DNA of 64,000 bases, taken from positions 6,535 through 70,534 of the forward strand of contig CAYRDX010000009.1 of the NCBI GenBank assembly GCA_964423205.1, read 5' to 3'. The notes beneath the pieces were generated by a model. It was not told where the DNA came from and searched no databases. It was given only the letters and a program-made list of their open reading frames with translations. The first letter of the stretch is position 1, and each line of letters begins with the position of its first letter. The position numbers and the translations under genes were made by a program. Below, one piece after another: positions 47,969-57,078 of the stretch. The DNA is from an uncultured Saprospiraceae bacterium (GTDB lineage Bacteria > Bacteroidota > Bacteroidia > Chitinophagales > Saprospiraceae).

Positions 47969-48148
47969 TTGGTTGTATTTTATAAGGGTTTTTTGATTTC
48001 AGATTTAAGATATCAGACGTATCCCGATAGCTATCGGGATTTGATTTTTCGGGACGCAAACGGCCGGTTCTTGTCTCGGAAAATCAAAAATCTGATATCG
48101 TCAATCATATATCGTCAATCAAAAACCAGTCAAAAACCAGAACCAATC
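47967..48148 (-). mobile_element. 182-bp MITE-like non-autonomous element, copy 2 (inverted relative to copy 1)
   Basis: By manual alignment it differs from the reverse complement of 43601-43782 at only about three positions, all in one terminal repeat (gattggttgtattt vs gattggttctggtt). The flanks extend the inverted repeat (ccctataggcagggctgattgg ... ccaatcaaccctgccttataggg). Confidence 0.8.
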
Positions 48149-48193
48149 AACCCTGCCTTATAGGGATTAGGTAGAACCTGTCAAGAAAAGAAA

Positions 48194-49909
48194 ATGAAGA
48201 AGATAGATTTGGTTTTGCTTTTTGTTTTCGCACTGATTACAGCCTGTAATTCGGTGAAACAACATTCCGATTTTACATCGGAAACAACATTTACTAATCC
48301 AATTCTGGCCGGTTTTTACCCTGATCCAAGTATTTGCCGGGTTGATGACGACTACTACCTGGTCACCTCTACCTTTTCTTATTTTCCGGGGCTTCCCGTA
48401 CAGCATAGCAAAGACCTGGTCAATTGGACCACCATCGGTCATGTCATAGATAGAACGGAGCAAATGGACCACAACGGTGCCCGGGTTTCAAGAGGACTTT
48501 TTGCGCCAGCAATACGATACCACAAAGGGACCTTTTATGTTATTTGCACGCAGGTGGACAGGATGGGTAACTTCATCGTTACGGCTAAAAATCCTGCAGG
48601 GCCATGGTCTCTGCCAGTCAGGGTGCCGGAAGTGAATGGCATCGACCCCTCTTTGTTCTTTGATGATGATGGCAAAGTTTATCTCACTTACAACAGTATC
48701 CCACCAGACAACAAGTCACTTTACAGTGGGCACCGAACCATCCGTCAATATGAATTTGACCCTGTTGCGATGAAAGTAGTTGGAGAGGAGCGCATTCTTG
48801 TTAATGGCGGAGTGGACATCACCAAAAATCCGGTTTGGATTGAAGCGCCCCATATTTTTAAGAAGAACGGTTATTACTATTTGATTTGTGCGGAAGGCGG
48901 AACGGGCTACAATCACTCAGAGGTGGTCTTCAGAAGTGATAAACCCACCGGGCCATTCGTGCCGTGGGAAAGAAATCCCATCCTCACACAAAGGCATCTT
49001 GACCCTTCCAGACCGAATCCAATCACTTCAACCGGCCATGCCGATTTCGTGCAAACAAAGAACGGCGACTGGTGGGCAGTATTTCTTGGCTGCCGCCCTT
49101 ATGGGGATGACCTGTACAATACGGGCAGGGAAACCTTTCTGTCGCCGGTAAAATGGATAGACGGCTGGCCAGTCATCAATCCGGATTTTGAGGAAGTTCA
49201 ATACAGCTACCCGCTGCCACATCCTGATATAAAGGGCGAAAAAGGATTTCCACTCAGTGGTAATTTTGTGATAAGAGATGAATTCGACAAAAGTAAGCTG
49301 GCTCCCAATTGGGTCTTTTTGCGAAATCCACCTGCTGCCCCATGGTATAGCCTGATTACACGACCCGGTAGCATTGCTTTAAAAACACGGCCTGAAACAT
49401 GCGCCGGCACATTAAATCCCAGCTTTATTGGTCACCGTCAACAGCATCAGGTTGGTTCTGCCACAACCTTATTGTATTACAATGCAAATAGCGAACATGA
49501 AAAAGCAGGCCTTCTGGCCTTTCAAAGTGAAAAGAACTACTACTATTTGTGTAAGTCAATTAAAGCTGGTCAGCCTGTTGTACAGTTATTTCAATCGGAA
49601 GGTGAGGGATTGAAACTGCTTGCTGACAGTCCGGTAGGGGACGGACCTTTGCAATTGAAAATAGACATGCGAAAGGACACTTACGCCTTCTTCTTTGCTG
49701 AAAAAAAAGGATCGTGGAAGTTATTAAAGGAGGGGGTTGATGCGTCTTTTCTCAGTACCAAAGTTGCTGGTGGCTTTGTGGGTTCTTTCATGGCACTCTA
49801 CACAACCTCAATAGGACAGGAAAGTGATAATGTCGCCTTTTTCGACTGGTTTGAATACCTGGGTAATGACCCGGTTTTTGAAAAGGCAAAAACTGTTTCG
49901 AAACATTAG
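48194..49909 (+). CDS. glycoside hydrolase family 43 beta-xylosidase with a C-terminal beta-sandwich domain (lipoprotein)
   Basis: NPILAGFYPDPSICRVDDDYYLVTSTF, EAPHIFKKNGYYYLICAEGG and a C-terminal concanavalin-like region. Lipobox ITAC. Confidence 0.85.
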   Translation: MKKIDLVLLFVFALITACNSVKQHSDFTSETTFTNPILAGFYPDPSICRVDDDYYLVTSTFSYFPGLPVQHSKDLVNWTTIGHVIDRTEQMDHNGARVSRGLFAPAIRYHKGTFYVICTQVDRMGNFIVTAKNPAGPWSLPVRVPEVNGIDPSLFFDDDGKVYLTYNSIPPDNKSLYSGHRTIRQYEFDPVAMKVVGEERILVNGGVDITKNPVWIEAPHIFKKNGYYYLICAEGGTGYNHSEVVFRSDKPTGPFVPWERNPILTQRHLDPSRPNPITSTGHADFVQTKNGDWWAVFLGCRPYGDDLYNTGRETFLSPVKWIDGWPVINPDFEEVQYSYPLPHPDIKGEKGFPLSGNFVIRDEFDKSKLAPNWVFLRNPPAAPWYSLITRPGSIALKTRPETCAGTLNPSFIGHRQQHQVGSATTLLYYNANSEHEKAGLLAFQSEKNYYYLCKSIKAGQPVVQLFQSEGEGLKLLADSPVGDGPLQLKIDMRKDTYAFFFAEKKGSWKLLKEGVDASFLSTKVAGGFVGSFMALYTTSIGQESDNVAFFDWFEYLGNDPVFEKAKTVSKH

Positions 49910-49914
49910 ATATT

Positions 49915-50937
49915 ATGCTAACTAAGATTCAATTATTCAGCATTTTTCTGCTTTTGATTAGTTCGGGATGCGGAGATTCCCGGCATCAGGATTCTGATGG
50001 CCAGCCTGTTGCATATAAGTCGATTGGATTTCTGGAAAAAGTGGATCCCGAATTTGACAACATCGTGCCAACAGATGCCAAAATTGAAGTCCTGGCTGAA
50101 GGTTTCGACTGGTCCGAAGGTCCATTGTGGTTGCCTGAACATAAAATACTTTTGTGGTCTGACGTTCCCAAAAACACCATTTACAGTTGGACTGAAAGCG
50201 AAGGGGCACAGACCTATCTCAATCCTTCAGGCTATACGGGTGAAGGGGAACGTGAAGGTTCTAATGGTTTGTTATTGAGTCCGGATGGAGAACTGATGCT
50301 TTGCCAGCATGGAGACCGGAGAATGGCAAAGATGGTTGCTCCTCTGGATAAACCAACACCAAATTATCAGACACTTGCAGATCGCTACGACGGCAAACGC
50401 TTTAACAGCCCCAACGATGCAGCTTATGACCAGGAAGGGTATCTGTATTTCACTGACCCACCTTATGGCTTACCGAAACAACAGGATGACCCGGGGAAAG
50501 AAATTCCTTTTCAGGGTGTGTACTGCATATCTCCTGATGGGGTGGTTACCCTTTTGGTGGACGACCTGACACGCCCTAACGGTATTGCTTTCAGCCCTGA
50601 TTTCAAAAAGTGTTACGTTGCCAACTCAGACCCAGCTAGTGCAATCTGGATGGTGTACGATGTAGCTGCCAATAAAAAGCTCAGCAATGGCAGGATATTT
50701 TTTGATGCAACCTCTATGGTGGGTGAGAAAAAGGGTCTGCCTGATGGACTTAAGGTGCGTTCCGATGGAACCATATTCGCAACCGGGCCTGGCGGAGTTC
50801 TCGTATTTACACCTGTTGGAAAGCATTTGGGTACCATAGTTACAGGTGAGGCTACTGCCAATTGCGCATTTAACGAAGATGAATCTGTGCTTTTTATGAC
50901 TGCAGATGCCTACGTTGCCAGGATTCGTTTGAAATAA
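49915..50937 (+). CDS. SMP-30/gluconolactonase/LRE family protein
   Basis: EGPLWLPEHKILLWSDVPKNTIYSW, FNSPNDAAYDQEGYLYFTDP and RPNGIAFSPD. Confidence 0.8.
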   Translation: MLTKIQLFSIFLLLISSGCGDSRHQDSDGQPVAYKSIGFLEKVDPEFDNIVPTDAKIEVLAEGFDWSEGPLWLPEHKILLWSDVPKNTIYSWTESEGAQTYLNPSGYTGEGEREGSNGLLLSPDGELMLCQHGDRRMAKMVAPLDKPTPNYQTLADRYDGKRFNSPNDAAYDQEGYLYFTDPPYGLPKQQDDPGKEIPFQGVYCISPDGVVTLLVDDLTRPNGIAFSPDFKKCYVANSDPASAIWMVYDVAANKKLSNGRIFFDATSMVGEKKGLPDGLKVRSDGTIFATGPGGVLVFTPVGKHLGTIVTGEATANCAFNEDESVLFMTADAYVARIRLK

Positions 50938-51102
50938 ATTTCGAAGCAGATTAGCAATCTGACTATTGGTGTATAACAAGTGACAATTGAAACTGTAACT
51001 GAAATTCAACATTTGTTTACCTGTAAATTTGTATGGTGATGGAGGTAAAATTTGTTTTACCTGAATTCACCAAAAACATAAGATCCATGCCTTTTAGGAA
51101 CA

Positions 51103-51172
51103 AGTAAAAAGTAAAATGGCAAAAGGCAAAAGTTTTCCAACTGATTTTCAATTGGTTAAGAAAACAATTTGG
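51103..51172. repeat. truncated copy of the aaaaggc-word hairpin element seen at 22497-22626
   Basis: gtaaaaagtaaaatggcaaaaggcaaaagttttccaactgattttcaattggttaagaaaacaatttg matches one arm plus the loop of the reverse complement of copy 1. The second arm is missing. Confidence 0.7.
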
Positions 51173-51210
51173 CTACTTAATTTTTGACTCATTACTTAAT
51201 TAAAATCAAG

Positions 51211-52602
51211 ATGAAGTTCGTCCCATTGCTGGCATTCATTCTCCTGGCTGCCGGAGCCTGTAAAAAGGATAATAACAATCCCGACCCTGATCCAGAACCC
51301 TCAGATACAACCCAATACATTACCATCGACAAATCCAGGACCTATCAGGAAATGATAGGCTTTGGAGGAGCGCTGACCTGGTATTGCGACCGCGTAACCA
51401 GCAGTCCAAAGAAAGAAGAAATCACCGACCTGATGTTTAAAGACCTTGGTGCGGATATTATCCGCTTAAAGAACTGGTATTACCCAAAGGATTATCCAGG
51501 TGTGAAGTCTCCGGCTACAATGGAGCCGAACTGGTTTAAGAACCTTTTCGACGCCACTAACGAGCTCTTTAAGATTGCCAAAGCAAAAGACCCCAATGTA
51601 AAAATTCTGCTCTCATCATGGAGTCCGCCAGTTGCCCTGAAAAGTAATGGCCAACTCAACACAGGCACACTGAAAAAGAGACCCGATGGCACTTTTATGT
51701 ACGACGAGTTTGCGCAGTATTGGGTGGATATTCTGGACAACATCACCTTTAATCCCGATTATCTGAGTATCCAAAATGAACCTTCTTATGAAAATACGGG
51801 ATGGGAAACCTGTGCCTGGCGCGACACAGAAGGCCCCAATCATGGAGGTTTCGACAAGGCCTTTGATGCTGTTTACAACAAAATCAAAGACCGTCCAAAT
51901 CGTCCGATTCTGGTTGCTCCGGAATCAGCAAATATCAGTTTTGCCGCCAATGGCACCTCTTTCCATGAGTTTTCCAATGCCATCAGAAACCGCAGTTACC
52001 TGGGTGTGTATGGCTGGCATCCCTACAACTTTGGCAAAGGAACCAGCATACCAAGTACTGTCCAGTTGTTGGAACGCATCAAAAATGAATTTTCAGACAG
52101 AACGAACTGGATGACAGAGTTTTCCGGTTCATTTGATTGGTTCAATACAGGGCGTTTCATCAACCATACCCTGGTTTACGCCAATACCTCCGCATACATT
52201 TACTGGGAATTGATGTGGGATGAAAATGCCAGTAACAACGCAATGATCCGCATTCGGGGAAATGGAGAATATGAGGTGACCCCATTTTATCACCTGATTA
52301 AGCACTTCGCAAAGCATATCGACAGAGGATACAAACGCATTGGAGTGGGTTCCTCAAATGAGAAAATTGAAACTTCTGCATTCATCAGCCCGGATGCAAA
52401 AAAGATAACTGTTATACTTCTCAATACCAGCGATTTAATTGAGGACATCAAAATGAAAGCAACCAGTCCGGCGGCCAAAACTATGGATACATGGATAAGC
52501 CGAGAGGGGACAGGATTTTACAAACAAAGTCTCAATTTGGACCCCACTACCACTTTGACTTTGGGGCCAAAGTCGGTTACTACTGTGGTGCTGAATTATT
52601 GA
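51211..52602 (+). CDS. glycoside hydrolase family 30 (glucuronoxylanase/O-glycosyl hydrolase type) lipoprotein
   Basis: Lipobox AAGAC, GFGGALTWY, LSIQNEP (acid/base) and NWMTEFS (nucleophile). ATG 51211 is preferred over TTG 51184. Confidence 0.8.
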   Translation: MKFVPLLAFILLAAGACKKDNNNPDPDPEPSDTTQYITIDKSRTYQEMIGFGGALTWYCDRVTSSPKKEEITDLMFKDLGADIIRLKNWYYPKDYPGVKSPATMEPNWFKNLFDATNELFKIAKAKDPNVKILLSSWSPPVALKSNGQLNTGTLKKRPDGTFMYDEFAQYWVDILDNITFNPDYLSIQNEPSYENTGWETCAWRDTEGPNHGGFDKAFDAVYNKIKDRPNRPILVAPESANISFAANGTSFHEFSNAIRNRSYLGVYGWHPYNFGKGTSIPSTVQLLERIKNEFSDRTNWMTEFSGSFDWFNTGRFINHTLVYANTSAYIYWELMWDENASNNAMIRIRGNGEYEVTPFYHLIKHFAKHIDRGYKRIGVGSSNEKIETSAFISPDAKKITVILLNTSDLIEDIKMKATSPAAKTMDTWISREGTGFYKQSLNLDPTTTLTLGPKSVTTVVLNY

Positions 52603-52736
52603 ATCGATAGAAACATTGATTTTAAGTGGGGTACAAATTCAGGATTTTTCAGAGGTAAGCTGAAATTATTATCCTGCTTTGAGATTGACTTACAGCATGT
52701 GCAACTACTTAGTCAATTCTTCGCTACTTTTACCTC

Positions 52737-53255
52737 ATGCCAAAACAGAAGAAAGATACTGTTGTAAAATCTCCTGAAGAGGAAAAAATCAAGGGGATAC
52801 TTGACCAATCCGTGGCCATTTTAATCGATGGAAATAATATTGAAATGAGCCTGCACAAGGCCACCAGCAAGAAGTCAATGATAAATTTCGACACCCTGGT
52901 TCCTGCTCTGCTTCAAAACAGGGCATTGTCGCGGCTAATCTATTTCAGGGAGGGTAACAGCATTTCAAAAAAATTGGCCGAAAGACTGCAAAAGAATTTT
53001 CACGGTTCTGTCACGCCGTGTTATAAGTCGGCCGATATTCCACTTTCCATTAAGGCTGTCCAGGTTGCCTCAAAAGTGGACACCATCATCATACTCTCCG
53101 GTGATGCGGATTATGTGGAATTGGTTAGACATCTGAAATCAGAGGGCATCAGGGTGGAAGTGGCAGCCTTTCCGGAATCCACAGCCGATGTGCTCAGGAA
53201 TGAGAGTGATTATTTCTTTCCGATTACCGTGGATTACAGTTTTTCGTTTAAGTAA
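52737..53255 (+). CDS. NYN (LabA-like) domain-containing protein
   Basis: VAILIDGNNI, IILSGDADYVELVRHLKSEGIRVEV. The size and motifs fit LabA/NYN nuclease-like proteins. Confidence 0.7.
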   Translation: MPKQKKDTVVKSPEEEKIKGILDQSVAILIDGNNIEMSLHKATSKKSMINFDTLVPALLQNRALSRLIYFREGNSISKKLAERLQKNFHGSVTPCYKSADIPLSIKAVQVASKVDTIIILSGDADYVELVRHLKSEGIRVEVAAFPESTADVLRNESDYFFPITVDYSFSFK

Positions 53256-53423
53256 GGCCTTTTGGTTTTCTGTTCTTTTTACGCAGTCCACAGATACGAA
53301 GGACACGGTTGATTTTACAACAAAGTAATTTGAGAATTTAAGAGATAAGACGAGGCTGCGTCATAAGTGTTTTTCCCGCAGATTGCACTGATCATACCGC
53401 TGTTTTTCCTTTAGGAGTTTTTT

Positions 53424-53565
53424 ACCACTGAGACACTGAGAGCACTAAGAGCCACAGAGAGAACTCCGTGAGGCTCCGTGTCTCGGTGTCTTCGTAGTTC
53501 AAAAAAAACGCAGATGATTTGTTCCGCGACATCTGCGTGTCCATTTGCGCAAATCCGCGGGAAAA
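53424..53565. repeat. imperfect palindrome of CTCYGTG heptads followed by a CGCAGAT/ATCTGCG hairpin
   Basis: accactgagacactgagagcac...cacagagagaactccgtgaggctccgtgtctcggtg has its two halves inverted. It is followed by a perfect 9-bp stem acgcagatg / catctgcgt (53508-53538). Confidence 0.7.
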
Positions 53566-53590
53566 TCACTGTGTCATCATCTTCAATTCA

Positions 53591-55114
53591 TCAAAGCCCG
53601 AAAGCATAATAATACGTCCCCGGAATATCCTCATAAACACCTTCCAGCATTACGCCTCCTTTCTTCTTGTCGAGAATTTTGTTCAGGTCTTCAACCGTTT
53701 TTACGGCTTGCCCATCGGCTTTGGTGATGATAAAGCCCTCTCTTAGTTGGGTGTCTTTGCGAAGCTTGCCGGCAGAGAGCGATTTTACTTTTACTCCGCC
53801 ATCAATACCCAATTTTTTGGCAGTACTGGCATTCAGCGTTTCGAAGTCAGCTCCCAGCACGTTGAGTACGTCTTTCTGTTCCTTACTCACGAGGTTGGTG
53901 TTGCCTTTGCGGTTGTTCAGTATCACGTCGAAGGACTTTTCATTGCCATTGCGCAGCACTTTCACCTTTACCTTGTCACCAGGACGGTGTCTTGCGATGA
54001 TTTCCTGCAGCATGGGTGAACTTTTTACTGGTGAATCATTTATCGCCACAATCACATCACCCACTTTTATACCGGCCGCAGCGGCAGCACTGTTTTCGAG
54101 CAAGCTATCCACGTATGCACCTTCATTGATTCTGATGTCTTTTTCACGGGCGAGATTGCCATCAACCGTGCGTATCATGACACCCAAAACGCCGCGCTGA
54201 ACAACGCCGTATTTCATCAGATCTTCCACCACCTTGCTGACGATGTTGCTGGGCACCGCAAATCCGTAACCGGAGTAAGAACCGGTCGGGCTGGCAATGG
54301 CGGTGTTGATGCCTATAAGGCCGCCCTGCAGGTTTACGAGGGCACCACCGCTGTTGCCGGGATTGATGGCCGCATCGGTTTGGATGAAACTCTCCACAGC
54401 GAACTGTTCCCGCAAGATGTTAATGCTGCGCCCCTTGGCACTGACTATACCTGCAGTGACAGTGGAAGTCAGGTTGAAAGGGTTGCCAACGGCCATGACC
54501 CATTCGCCCACTTTCACTTCGTCGCTGTTGACGAATGGCAGATGAGTTAGACCTTTTTCCTTTATCTGAATAAGAGCCATGTCGGTAGTGGGATCTGTGC
54601 CGATGACCGTGGCTTTGAATGTGCGGTTGTCGTGCAGCGTCACTTCGATATCGTCGGCATTGGCGATGACGTGGTTGTTGGTCACGATATAACCGTCTGC
54701 GTTAATAATTACTCCGCTTCCAGTACCCATCTGCAACTGAGGGGAACGGCGGTCGTCAGGAGATGGCAGGTTAAATCGAGGGCCAAAAAAATCCCGGAAC
54801 GGGTCGTTTTCAAAGAAATCCCTGAATTGATTGGGAACATCTGCCCTGTTATTTCTTACCCTGATTTGGGTGGATTTGATGTGTACAACAGCGTCCATAA
54901 CCTTGGCGGCTACACGGGTAAAATCCAATGAAACAACATTGCCGTTCTCGTCGAGTGTGTAAAGCGCTTTGCTGCCTGCCGGCGCATTGATGTGTTCGAT
55001 TTTGAAAGTCCGGCCGGAATCGTTTCCGAGCCAATGATAAATTCCAAGGGTTCCTGAGGTTACAATTAATGCAATGAGTGCGGTGATCAGGTAATGTTTG
55101 TGGATCGTTTTCAT
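53591..55114 (-). CDS. Do/HtrA family serine endopeptidase with two PDZ domains
   Basis: TNNHV (His), DMALIQI (Asp) and GNSGGALVN (Ser), followed by two PDZ-like segments. ATG 55114 (MKTIHKHYLITALIAL) is preferred. Confidence 0.9.
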   Translation of the reverse strand: MKTIHKHYLITALIALIVTSGTLGIYHWLGNDSGRTFKIEHINAPAGSKALYTLDENGNVVSLDFTRVAAKVMDAVVHIKSTQIRVRNNRADVPNQFRDFFENDPFRDFFGPRFNLPSPDDRRSPQLQMGTGSGVIINADGYIVTNNHVIANADDIEVTLHDNRTFKATVIGTDPTTDMALIQIKEKGLTHLPFVNSDEVKVGEWVMAVGNPFNLTSTVTAGIVSAKGRSINILREQFAVESFIQTDAAINPGNSGGALVNLQGGLIGINTAIASPTGSYSGYGFAVPSNIVSKVVEDLMKYGVVQRGVLGVMIRTVDGNLAREKDIRINEGAYVDSLLENSAAAAAGIKVGDVIVAINDSPVKSSPMLQEIIARHRPGDKVKVKVLRNGNEKSFDVILNNRKGNTNLVSKEQKDVLNVLGADFETLNASTAKKLGIDGGVKVKSLSAGKLRKDTQLREGFIITKADGQAVKTVEDLNKILDKKKGGVMLEGVYEDIPGTYYYAFGL

Positions 55115-55244
55115 GTTATTTCGGTTTAATAAAAATTGACTTAGTCGTGTCAGTATCAAAGGTGGGATGCCCATAAACCAGCGGTTGGATGGGCATCCTC
55201 AGAATTCTGTTAAATCAGCGTTAAACCTTGGACAACGAAATTGC

Positions 55245-55688
55245 TTACGCAATGTCGATTTTACGAGGTGGCAAGGCCTTGGCCTCTTCACGCTTTGGAA
55301 TCATGATGTGCAGCATGCCATCTTCGTACTTCGCTTTGATTTTGCTAAGGTCAACTACCGATTTGGGCAGGTGGAAGGAACGCTCGAAGGACTGGTAGCT
55401 GAATTCCCGGCAGCTATAGCGTTCGTTTTCCTTCAGTTCATTTTCCACCTTCTTTTCAGAGCTGATTTTCAGGATTTCATTGTCGAGTTCAATTCTGAAA
55501 TCCTTCTTGCTCATACCCGGTGCTGCCATTTCCACATTGAAGCTGTCGTTCGTCTCCTTGACGTTCACGGATGGAATGGTAGAATCGGTGTTTGAAAAAT
55601 TGCGTGTGTTCCAATCGAGCAGGTCTCTGGTAAAAAAGTCGTCGAATACACGCGGAAAGAATGTGGGATTCCATTTAGTCAGTGTCAT
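55245..55688 (-). CDS. Hsp20/alpha-crystallin family small heat-shock protein
   Basis: 147-aa ORF with an alpha-crystallin core (FNVEMAAPGMSKKDFRIELDNEILKISSEK...AKYEDGMLHIMIPK). It is preceded by AAGGAGGT 6-7 nt from the ATG. Confidence 0.9.
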   Translation of the reverse strand: MTLTKWNPTFFPRVFDDFFTRDLLDWNTRNFSNTDSTIPSVNVKETNDSFNVEMAAPGMSKKDFRIELDNEILKISSEKKVENELKENERYSCREFSYQSFERSFHLPKSVVDLSKIKAKYEDGMLHIMIPKREEAKALPPRKIDIA

Positions 55689-55975
55689 GATAAACCTCCT
55701 TTTTAATGGTTAAACAATAAAGTGTAACGGTTCAAAAAATCAGTTTATAAACAGAACCAAAAATCTCCAATCAATGCCTGTGCCAAGCGGATTAGTGATA
55801 CAAATTGACAGTTGTGTAACTATATTGGCGACAAGATGGCAGATTTGGAGGGGGGAGGGTGGTGAAAAAATGGCAGTGGGTTATCCGCTAAATTATTTAA
55901 TTTGGCAGCAGTAAGTTGTGATTCAAGGATTCCCATAATCCTTGATTCTAGCGCTTGGACATTTACTCCTTATCT

Positions 55976-56215
55976 ATGCCCCTCTTCCAGCAATCAGTCC
56001 TGAAAAGGCATCTAACCACGCTCCCTTCAGAAACTACCCGTCATGCATGGCAGGTCTTTACCGCTCATTTTCTCGATCCGGTTAAACAGGAAAATATCCG
56101 GAACAGCAAAGAAGAACAGTACCAGAAAGGATTCCTGCGTGAGCTTTTCGTGTCCCTGTCACTTCCATTCAGTTCTAAAAAATACCTACTCTTTTACGTC
56201 AAACTCCAATTGTGA
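55976..56215 (+). pseudogene. truncated N-terminal fragment of a type IIG/Eco57I-like restriction-modification N6-adenine methyltransferase
   Basis: MPLFQQSVLKRHL...QENIRNSKEEQYQKGFLRELFV matches, from memory, the conserved N-terminal module of these large RM enzymes. The similarity stops after about 60 aa and the frame ends at 56215. No methylase body follows. Confidence 0.5.
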
Positions 56216-56277
56216 TAAGCCAATCGGCCCCAAGTATAGCAATGGAAATCCCTATCATTGCAGTCAAAATCATTGCG

Positions 56278-57078
56278 ATGTTTTCAATCTTCAAGCTGCT
56301 GCACAACTTTTTGTATTCCCTTGTTAAACCTTCACGAGTCGTCAAAAAGCCTGATGCATTCCAGATAAAAGACAAAATTTACGCAGCCTACGAAACACTG
56401 GCAGAATCCTACAATGACCTGATTGACCACAAACCGCACAATGCCTATTATGACCGGCCAAATACGCTGGCACTACTTCCCGATGTAGCTGGAAAGTCCA
56501 TCCTTGATGCAGCCTGCGGCCCCGGCAAATACGCTGAGATTTTGTTGGAAAAAGGAGCCTCCATTACCGGCTTCGATATCAGTCCGAGCATGGTCCGGCT
56601 GGCTAAAGAGCGCAATTCTGGCAAGGGATTCTTCTTTGTACACGATTTGTCAGAGCCAGTCACGTTGTTGAAGGATGAAACTTTCGATATTGCTCTATGC
56701 GCCCTGGCACTGCAATATATTGAGGATTGGACTATTCCTGTCCAGGAATTTCACCGGCTGCTGAAGCCAAAAGGAATCCTAGTTGTATCCATTGAACACC
56801 CCTTTTCTGAATTCAATTTTTACAAATCAACGAAATACTTCGCAACGGAAGCTGTGAAATGCGTCTGGAAGGGATTTGGACAGCCTGTGGAAGTGAACAG
56901 TTACCGAAGGTCCCTGTGGGAGAGCTTGTCACCATTTACGGATAATGGATTTTACCTCGACAGATTGGTGGAACCAAGACCCGTGAAAGAGTTTGAGCAG
57001 TTCGACCCCAGGCACTTCAGGGAGTTGAATGAATTTCCGGCATTTTTGTGTCTCAGGTTTGTGAAGAAGGAAATTTGA
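56278..57078 (+). CDS. class I SAM-dependent methyltransferase (Methyltransf_11-like)
   Basis: ILDAACGPGKYAEILLEKGASITGFDISPSMV (motif I and post-I) and FDIALCALALQYIEDW. The start is uncertain (GTG 56212, ATG 56242 or ATG 56278). Confidence 0.75.
   Translation: MFSIFKLLHNFLYSLVKPSRVVKKPDAFQIKDKIYAAYETLAESYNDLIDHKPHNAYYDRPNTLALLPDVAGKSILDAACGPGKYAEILLEKGASITGFDISPSMVRLAKERNSGKGFFFVHDLSEPVTLLKDETFDIALCALALQYIEDWTIPVQEFHRLLKPKGILVVSIEHPFSEFNFYKSTKYFATEAVKCVWKGFGQPVEVNSYRRSLWESLSPFTDNGFYLDRLVEPRPVKEFEQFDPRHFRELNEFPAFLCLRFVKKEI

Noticed and set aside
55165-55198. Hairpin ggatgccca ... tgggcatcc between hsp20 and htrA as a terminator or attenuator
   Set aside because: The stem is only 9 bp with a 16-nt loop, and there is no U-tract on the transcribed (minus) strand. 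It is plausible but too weak to call without 3'-end data.
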